DNA of 61,366 nucleotides, filler included, from Chiloscyllium plagiosum (Eukaryota), in assembly GCF_004010195.1 (NCBI RefSeq). It is 3 parts of one record of this genome, joined end to end, with 100 filler letters (N's around TTAATTAATTAA, not from the genome) between each part and the next. Parts side by side here need not be neighbours in the genome. Positions count along the whole stretch, not along the records: positions 42,727 to 61,366 come from NC_057717.1; 2 more parts are not named here. The stretch is one strand, 5' to 3'. Each line of letters begins with the position of its first letter. Position 1 is the first letter of the stretch. The notes under the pieces are model-generated. The model worked only from the letters and a program-made list of their open reading frames with translations. It was not told the origin of the DNA and did no database searches. This document shows positions 52,201 to 61,366 of the stretch, in pieces. The translations under genes were made by a program, and so were the position numbers.

Positions 52201-55200
52201 GCATCTACCCCCGAACAAGGCTCATGCTCCACCACTCTCACTGCTGCATGCAGCACCTTCTCTCCCTCTCTCGCCACTTTGCCCCCACACCATAAACACT
52301 GTATGTCTGTTATAGCACCTACCCGAACAAGGCTCATGCTGCATCACTCTCACTGCTGCATGCAGCGCCGTTCCTCTTTCTCTCTTGCCTTTCCAATACC
52401 CTCACATGGTGATAGAATATTCTGGAGAATGCCGATTATGGGATGTTCCAGAAAGTGTTCCAAGTAGTTTCCGTTTTCAGGAAAATGTCAATGTATGTAA
52501 CAAATAAAGGGAAGGAGTAGAGATGTATGTTATTCAAGTCACATACAATTAACATCCATCATGTGGCTAATCAACTCTTCAAATGTACTCTAGAATATAA
52601 TAAGATTGCAACTTATTTGATGGTTTTCTCAGCTCCATGTTGCAGGAACTTTCAGTTATTCAACCCCCTGGGTGCCTGTCACCGACCATACGACACCCAG
52701 GCACCTTTACCCCGGTTTTCTTCAAGCGACTGTTCGAGAGCATTTCCCATGGGGACGGACATTCAAAACAATATATTCCATCAATTGTTTACTTTTATGA
52801 AATGATAAGCTCATTTTACACAGACTGACCAAAATCTACACTTATTTTATGATTATCAGTAAGCAATAACAATTAGTGTCTGGTTATTTCACTTGTCTCA
52901 CCTTATTGTATTTAGCCAAAAACAGCTTCTAAACACTTGTCTCGTTATAAAACACAGTTTCTAACCGATGACATTTTTATCCTCAGCCGTTATCTTGACC
53001 GTTATCTGAATTGTACCTTTTCCCCTCGTTATGAAAGATTTTATTGTCCTTTGTCTGTGGCTATTTCTGTCTGTAACAGTTACACAGTCTCCCACTCATT
53101 TGGTTGGATGGTTTGTGATGCAGAGGGATGACACCAGCGCAGGTTCAATTCCCCACACTGACACACTGGCAGAGGTTACCATGAAGAGGACGCTCTCTCA
53201 ACCTCACCCCAACACCTTAGGTGTGCTGACCCTCAGGTTAAACCGCCAAGAGTGGTCTCTCTCATAACAGAGCAGCCCCATGTTCCTTTGGAACTCTATT
53301 CTATCACTTTTGCATTTTTTTTAAAAATTGCGTTACCATTTGTTTTTCATTTTGTTCCTGGGTGTTTTGGATCAGTGTTATTTTGTACTACTGCCAGCAT
53401 TTCCCCACACTACACATTCCTGCCCAATAATTCTTGACTCCATTGTTATCCATGAACCTTCGATCTGTGCCCCCAAAAATATTCAATATCCCTGCCTCCA
53501 ATGCTCTGCGGGAAGAGATTTCCAAAGTCTCAGAACACTGAGAAAATAATAATTAACCTTATCTGGGGTGTGAGGTTGTTATTTTGTCTCCTTACCTGAG
53601 AAAAGACATAATTACATTGGAAGCAGATCAGAGATGCTTCACTTCACGTATTCCAGAAATGAAGGGCTTATATTATGGAGGCTTTAATAGATTATTCTTG
53701 GAATGAGAGATGATCTTAATGAAATATTCAAGACATTGAGGAGCATGGATCAGGTAGATATCCACTGGGTGTTTTTCTAGTCCAAACTTGACATTGTCAT
53801 AGAACCTCTACAGTGTGGAAGCAGGACATTCTGTCCATTGAGTCCACACTGACCCACCGAACGGCATCCCACCCAGACCTATTCCCCCTACACTAACCAT
53901 GTAATCCTGCATTTGTCATGACTAAACCACCTAACCTACACATCTCTGTTACAATGGGCAATTGACCATGGCCAATTAACTCTAACCTTCACATCTTTGG
54001 ACTGTGGGAGGAAACTGGACCACAGGGAGGAATCACACGCAGATACGGGGAGATTTGAAGGTTGCAATTTAACTCAGCACCTTGATATGAGGCAGCAGTG
54101 CTAACCACAGATCCACCATGCTTCTCCGTTATGTTTATTACTTAGATGTGACTGCCTAAAGAAATCTGCCTGACTTGTTGTTCCTATCACCGAACCTGAC
54201 CCAGTCTGAGACCTTCATCATCGGCCATATCACCAACCTGGTTACTTTTAAATTTGTTACGAACTGTGGAGGAGCGGTACGAGAAAAGGTAACAGTCACA
54301 CCCTCCAACCACAGTCAGAACCGGAGTGAGGAGAATTCACAAAGTGGGCATTTATTCAAGTGGGAATTCTCTTTCCCAGAAGTTTGTGATGGCTGAATCT
54401 TTATATTATATCGAGGCTGGCTTCGTCTGATTTTCCATAGACAGGTGAAATCAGGGATAATGGTGCTTGGAGAGAAAAGTGTAGCTGAGAGCACAATGAG
54501 ATTAACCATGACCTACTTTACTTGTGGAGTAGTGTCAAAGGGCCGATTGGCCCACTCGTGCCCCTCAGACCTGTGTTCTGATCTTCCATTCAACCATGCG
54601 GACCTGCTACACAGGAGCAGATCGAGGTCACTCCGATGGTTAGGCCTTGTTTCGAAAATGTTCTTGTGAAATCCAGGCTGGCTCAACTCCACTTTCCTGC
54701 TACCCCATCGTATCTCTCAACTCGTTTATATGTCCGAAACCAATCCATCCCCTCTGTAAATACATTCAGTGTCGCAGCTTCCACAAATCTCTGGGTTCGG
54801 GAATTCCAGACATTCACTATCTTCTGAAAGATGACATTTCTTTGCATCTCAGTTTGAACACGATATCTCTTATTCTGTATCAATGTCCGGGAGTGAGACA
54901 CTCTGCCCAAGTGTGGTACCACATTCTCAACAAATACTTTGTCAAGCCCCATCTGTACCTTGTCCATTTTAGTAATGTCACACTCATTCATTTCAAGCAC
55001 AATGAATAATGGCCTCACCATTTTAGATGTACTCAATAATTCAACCCTCTCATCCCAGAAACCTGCTCAATGTACCAATCTGGTTACTTTCTGCATCAGC
55101 ATGATGACTTTATGTTTCATGCGCAGGAACACTCCAATCCTTTTGTACTGCCCTTTTGTTGGGACTCGTTTTCATTAAATAACAGCCTGCCTTTTGGTTG

Positions 55201-55249
55201 TCAGTGTCATCCTCAAACTCGGATGTGTATTGCACTCAGCTCCCTGCTT

Positions 55250-56590
55250 CAGGCTCTCAGTATAGATGTAAATAACTGAAGCCATTGGACTGATATTGGT
55301 GCTACTCCAGAAGATATGTCTTTATCATAAAGATCGATGAATCCTGACTATCCAATTTCTATATGATAACTATCCAACATCCCATGTTATCCATCATACT
55401 AATAGTATCTGTCTGGTGGAAGAACCTTTAATTTGTGATACCTTGTGGAAAATCTCGGAAAGCCTCATATCTACCAATCCCCCTTTATCAAGATTCTCAG
55501 GGATCACCAGAAAAACTTTGCATGATTTTACAGTCAAAATATAGTTTCACTTTCACAAAACCATGCTGCCTCTGTCTGAATCTTTTCTAAATGCCATGCA
55601 ATTCCTTCCTTAATAACAGACTGTCGCATATTCCCAGCAATAATGGTGAGGCTAAATGTTTCCTGCTTTCTGTCACGCTCCATCCTTTGAAAACAGGCGC
55701 CATATTGGAGCTTCACGAGTTTCACTGGAACACGCCTGTAATCCAGAGAGTTATAGAATATTTCACACAGTGGCACCAGTCACTCTGTAGCCACTTCTTT
55801 TAAAACCAATTATGAATTACTGCTGACCTGCCTGTCATTAGTCTTATCTGTTGTTAAAAACCTTGTACCTTTTGTTAGAGACAGTTCAAGAACCCTCCTA
55901 TTACCATTTACTTGATGATTGTGAAATACTTACAGTGCCTTCCCTGTGAGGATTGATGTCAAATACTGGTGTAAATTATCTGCCTGTTCCCTGTAGCCAC
56001 TTCCCCAGTCACACCCTCCGAATGTTCTCAAAATAAATTCCCGACTTTTTTTCTGCCAAAGGTCTCACACTCATCTTCAACTTTTTTATATACACACAGA
56101 AAAACTTGTGATGCTTGTTTTTATATTTCTTGCCAATTTATTTGCATCATATATTTTCATCATTTTTCTGTTTATTTCTTGCTTGTTCCCTCGCTTTCTA
56201 GATTCATACAGTCATATTGCACACAAACATTTCATCCAACCTGTCCATGCTAACCAGGGTTTCCAAACGAAACTAGTCCCATCTGATTGCATTTGGTCCA
56301 CATTCCTCTAAACGCTTCCCATTCATATGTTTGTCCAAATGTCTTTTAAATGTTGTCACTGTACTTGAATCGACCAGTGCATCTGGCAACTCATTCCATA
56401 CACACACCTCCTCTGCGTGAAAAGTTGCCATTTTGTCTCTGTTAAATCTTCCCCTTTTCATCTTAAAGTTGTATCCTATATGGTTGGTCTCTCCTACCGT
56501 GTGGAAAAGACCTTGGCAATTCACCCTATCCATGCCTCCCATGATTTTATTAACTTCGAAAATGTCACCTCTCAATGTCCTCCATTCCAT
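55250..56590 (-). mobile_element. CR1 fragments (old body plus a 3' end at 56200-56590)
   Basis: LRGDIFEVNKIMGGMDRV..VWNELPD..TFKRHLDKHM. Confidence 0.8.
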
Positions 56591-57229
56591 TTGATACCAA
56601 CTTCAAGAACAAGCATTCACTAATAAGCACTGCAAATTTGAAACAATATTAAAAACAATGACAGGTAAACAACACTCAGCCCAAACTTCATACTGTGATT
56701 TGTCTTTCTCCATGTTACAATATTAAGGCAGTGTGAAACTCTTACTAGTGCCAATAAGACGTCAAGAAAATAAATTCCTTTGTCTAAAGGGGGTGATGAT
56801 CTCTACAGTAAAAACGTATCTCTGGCCAGAGCTATGTAAGAAAGGAAATTGTTATACCACACGGTCAGCGTACAGTTGCCTTTTTGAAATTTGCGTTATT
56901 CAGTGCAAAGGGGAAGAGGTGTTTTCAATAAAGTTTACTCCAAAAAGGAAACTTTCCGGAGTGAGATGTGAGTGGGAGGTGTAAAACAGCATGAATGGAG
57001 AGGCCGAACCATACTGAGACCAGAGGCAAAGTGGCAGCACAAACGAAGCTTGATGCTACTGGAGGGAAGGTAGACTTGATCAAAGAACTTCAGTTGTAGA
57101 GGGTAGGGACCATAATGTGAGAGAATGTGCTCTGTACTTGGAGAGGGAGAACCTGGAATCAGAAAGTTGAAAGTGAGGGCTACAGATGCTGGAGACCAGA
57201 GCTGAAAAATGTGTTGCTGGAAAAGCGCA

Positions 57230-57368
57230 GCAGGTCAAGCAGTATTCAAGGAGCAGGCGAATGGACAATTCGCGCATAAGCCCTTCTTCAGGATTCCTGA
57301 AGAATTCTGAAGAAGGGCTTATGCCCGAAACGTCGATTCTCATGCTCCTTGGATGCTGCCTGACCTGC
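57230..57368. repeat. Third, independent fold-back pseudo-LTR palindrome with an intact hammerhead core at 57307-57334
   Basis: GCAGGTCAAGCAG..AAGCCCTTCTTCAGGA / TTCTGAAGAAGGGCTTATGCCCGAAACGTCGA..GCTGCCTGACCTGC. Confidence 0.85.
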
Positions 57369-57769
57369 ATCAGAAAGAGGAGACAAGCAGGGAAGAGGAT
57401 GGAGCAGCAATGGCAGAGGTTTCAGGTTGTAATTTAGGAAGCACAATTGAAATTCATTCCTCGCATCTGCTTCTGGTCCCTGAAAGAAATGTCCTAAATC
57501 TGGGCACACACTGATGCCCGTTAATTTGTGATTGAATAGTATCCTTGACAGACTTTGTGAATCACGGGTGGCTCATCTTCTGTCGAGTCCATCTTTTCGA
57601 ACAGAAACAATAATTTATGAGCAGTATGGGATATCTGCTTGAACGTCTACCCATGTATACCCACTGACCTTCCTCTGGGTGTAATTCCACATCACGACTC
57701 AGATGAGATGTGAGACAGAAATCCTCAATTTCGATGTCTGGTTCTATTCAATCATTCAGGGGGAACTTC

Positions 57770-58460
57770 TGCACGTGGCTGAACATATGATCAGCGGAGA
57801 AGGACTTAATCACACTCCCAGGTGAAGCAACATTTCGCTTGTACTCTATCAATCCAGTCTCCTGTCATTGCTGCTCACAATGCAGTCTCCTTTACACTGG
57901 TGAGACCAAACAGAGACTGCACTGAGGAATATTCCCACTCTGTCTGGAGGAATAACCCTGACCTTCTCACAGCTTCCCATTTCAATAACCTTCCTTGCTC
58001 TCATGCTGACATTTCGGTCCTGACCTGCTGCAATGTTCCAGTGAAGCACAACCCAAGCTCGAGTAACACCTCATGTTACGCATTGTACGTTATAGCCAGT
58101 AGGAGTTAACATTCATTTCCATAACTTCACATTCTGAGCCCATTATGGCTGTTCTCCATTATTCATACATTCTGCTTCTTGGTTTCCCTATGACCTTGTC
58201 TAAGTCTTGTTTATATTACACTCAGTAGAGCGAAGCCATTTCTCCCATTCACACTTTAATATACACCCAATTTACATCTATTTCTCTTTCACCACAATCA
58301 AAAGTCCCTCCTCTATGACATTGCACCTCCACATGTTCTGTTCCTATCATCCCTCGTCCACTCTTGTCAAGGGATTAAAACGACTTTTTCAATTCTGAAC
58401 AAGGGTCAATTTGGACTTCACATATGCTGTCAGACCTGCTGAGTTTCTCCAGCAATTTCT
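57770..58460 (+). mobile_element. Old Penelope-like GIY-YIG/3' fragment
   Basis: QVKQHFACT..CSQCSLLYTGETKQRL. Confidence 0.7.
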
Positions 58461-58719
58461 GGTTTTTAACAGCTTGAAAGACGTGTATCAAAGCTGCTCA
58501 AACGCCCTGTCCAATATGGAGCACTATACACTGGGATATGAACAATAACGCAAGATGTACAAATTCATTGGTTCTAAAATTAAACAAGATTGGCATCATT
58601 GACACTACAAAGTTCTTAATCAAGGCCATGGAGAGAAACAGAGAGAAACAGTTACAATGTTAAAACCGAAAGTGGCACGATTGGACGGAAAAGATTCAGA
58701 TGAATATCAGAATTGGAAT

Positions 58720-59040
58720 CGTTACAGTGTGGAAGCAGGCCCTTCGGCCCAACAAGTCCACACCAATCCTGTGAAGACTAAACCAACCAGACACACTCCC
58801 CTATCCTATATTTACCCCTGACTAATTGACCTAACCTGCACATTCCTGAACACTATCGGCAGTTTAGCAAGGCCAACAACCTGCACATTTTTGGATTGTG
58901 TGAGGGAAACGGAGTACGTGGAAAAAAGAACTGGCACAGACACAAGTAAAATGAGCAAGACAGTTGCCAGAGGATGGAATCGGACCTGGATCCCCAGGGC
59001 TGTGAGACAGCAACGCTAACCACTGAGCCACGGTGCTGCC
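58720..59040 (-). mobile_element. HE1-like SINE
   Basis: Minus strand begins GGCAGCACCGTGGCTCAGTGGTTAGCG. Confidence 0.85.
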
Positions 59041-60019
59041 CCGGAAAATATTTAGGGGTTTTCAGAAACATGACAAGCAAGAGGTGTGACACCATGGACA
59101 GGCACTCAGAGGAACGAGAATATTAAAATGGAAGTAATACCACATCAGTAAACAGCGTAGGTCACGGGGTGATGGGTGAATGGTTCTCGGTGTGAACTGG
59201 GGGACAGACAGCTGAATTGCATTGCAGAAATTGCAGCTCAAACCTGGAAATTCATGTGGTACTGCAGATCACAACTGGACAGAAGGCGAATTGTATTCAG
59301 TTACAACCTGTAATGTTTTGTCCAGTCTAATCTTTCAGTCTATTATTCCCATTTTTGGATCGATGTTTCATTGACAATTCTGGGTGAATATACCATGGTC
59401 ATAACCACGTGTACCTAAAATTGATGACAATCCATTTAAAGCTATCACACTGACTACTGTACTTACATTCCAAACAGCAAGACTAATGTCTTATAGAGAG
59501 GGCAACATGATTACAAAGCAAATATATCAGATCGAAGCTCTGCAGTCCTACCACATCCAGTCAGAAATCGAGTTGAACCATGGAACAACTGACGAGAGAA
59601 AAGGACTCCACAAATATTATTTGAAAACAATGTTCATTGGGATTCGGACGTCGCTGACTAGGTCAGCATTTATTGCCCAGTGGACTGTTAAGATTCAATA
59701 ACATTGCTGTGTGTCTGGAGTTACAAGTGGGCCAGAGCAAGTATGGGTGCCAGTTTCCTTCCCTAAAGGACATCAGTGAAACAAATCGATTTCTCCCACA
59801 ATTAACAATTGATTCATGATCATCATTAAACTCTTAATCCCAAACATTTATTGGATTTGAAATCCATCATGTACTGTAACAGGATTCGAACTCAGGTCAC
59901 CAGAACATTACTGGGGTTAGCAAGGCCAATAACCTGCACATTTTTGGATTGTGGGAGGGAACGCATCAGCAGAAACATCACTTGGCTATTGCTTTAACAT
60001 CCCGCGAGAAAATGGAAAC

Positions 60020-60430
60020 TTCCTGCACATCAGTGTAAAAGACAAGGATGCAGTGTATACACCATCCTCAGCCATAAGTGTTGCTTAGATGATCCTCACA
60101 GAAGCACAGATGCCAGACTTCAAACAATTCGATTAGCTGCATGTAGCATGAAGAAACAACTGAACACAGTAGATACAACAAAGTGAATGAGCCCTGACAC
60201 CATTCCTGCAATAGAACTAAACACTTGTGCTGCACAACAAGCCGTGTCTCTGTGGAAGCTGTTTCATTCCAGCTCCAACTCTGATATTTCCCTGGAAACG
60301 CGGAAAATAACACAAAAGTGTCCCGACCCTAAGAGGAGAATAATTACAATCTAACTAATTACCACCCCCTCAATCCCATCACGATAATCAAATTGGTGGG
60401 AATTCCTTTTAACAGAGCTGTCGACCAGCA
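60020..60430 (+). mobile_element. CR1/L2-group RT fragment
   Basis: CCTGACACCATTCCTGCAATAGAACTAAACACTTGTGCT (PDTIPAIELNTCA); ACTAATTACCACCCC (NYHP). Confidence 0.65.
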
Positions 60431-60959
60431 CAGAGATAATGTGCACAGGCCCCCATGTGGAGACGGTGTTGCTGTGAAAATGTCACTGGATTACTAATCC
60501 AGACCAGAATAATGCTCTGGCAGCTGGTGGAAGTTAGAAACAATTACTAAAATATCGAGATCTAAAATCTGGTGCCAGTAATATTAACATTGAAGCGCAT
60601 GTCCATTGTCAACGTAAATTTCCTTCCCCAATGTACATTCAGGAAGTGAATCTCCTGTGCTTTCCTGGTCGAGCCAAAAAGTGACTCCAGACGCACAGAC
60701 ATGTGGTAAACTCTTCAATGGTCTCTGCAGCGCCCATGCAAGTCCATTATATCAAACCTCTCCGAGGTCTTAATGAATAAAATGAGATAACACCCGGCAC
60801 CAGCCTCTGTATCGGAAAAGGGAATAGGAAGCACAGTCCTGTCGACACTGCAGAGACATCCTTCCTTACATCTGAGAGCTTATGACAACATTAACAGAGC
60901 TTTCCCACAGACTTCACAGAAACATCGTGAAATGAGTGGGCCTTTCAACACATTGATGG

Positions 60960-61160
60960 AAATGTGTTGCTGGAGAAGCGCAGCAGGTCAGGCAGCATCT
61001 AGGGAACAGGAGAATCGACGTTTCGGGCATTAGCCCTTCTTCAGGAATGAGGAAAGTTTGTCCATCAGGCTAAGATAAAAGATAGGGAGGAGGGACTTGG
61101 GGGAGGGGCGTCGGAAATGTGATAGGTGGAAAAAGGTCAAGGTGAGGGTGATAGGACAGA
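60960..61160 (-). mobile_element. Young Penelope 3'/pseudo-LTR piece with hammerhead at 61013-61049
   Basis: Minus strand CAUUC-CUGAAGA-A-GGGC-UAAU-GCCC-GAAAC-GUC-GAUU. Confidence 0.85.
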
Positions 61161-61366
61161 CCTGGAGTACTGTGTGCAGATTTAGTTTCCTTAATTAAGA
61201 AAGGATGTACTGGCACTGGAGGGGGTGCAGAGGAGGTTCACTAGGTTGATTCCGGAGTTGAGGGGATTGGCTTATGAGGAGAGGCTGAGTAGACTGGGAT
61301 TATAGTCATTGGAATTCAGAAGAATGAGGGGGGCGGATCTTGTATAAACATATAAAATTATGAAGG
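61160..61366 (+). mobile_element. CR1 C-terminal fragment running off the window
   Basis: LEYCVQI*FP*LRKDVLALEGVQRRFTRLIPELRGLAYEERLSRLGL. Confidence 0.9.

Larger units (their letters stand above)
45957..55008. repeat. Right arm of older inverted duplication; ~51320-55008 is also a direct paralog of 1-3508
   Basis: Same anchors as the left arm; homology ends where the Penelope begins in the other copies. Confidence 0.92.

Overview
Eukaryotic, repeat-saturated DNA from a cartilaginous fish; the SINE/CR1/Penelope repertoire suggests a shark. It is mostly decayed transposons: CR1 and older CR1/L2-group LINEs, an L1 5' half, a Vingi/Ingi-type RT fossil, Penelope-like elements with minimal hammerhead ribozymes, three tRNA-derived SINE families, a Harbinger Myb/SANT fossil and LTR-like pieces. 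The only host-gene sequence I can support is two 133-nt first coding exons of a class A GPCR (GPR139/GPR142-like, recognised from memory). They point towards each other (38539-38671 +, 49713-49581 -) and no intact second exon is in the window. The main signal is architectural: a younger palindrome (1-15580 vs 16081-36927) with a ~14.5 kb internal tandem period and mosaic copies overlaps an older ~9 kb inverted duplication (33456-42612 vs 45957-55008) carrying the two exons. Both symmetry centres coincide with or abut assembly gaps, so orientation needs long-read confirmation. Identities and TE boundaries were judged by eye and are approximate unless stated as exact.
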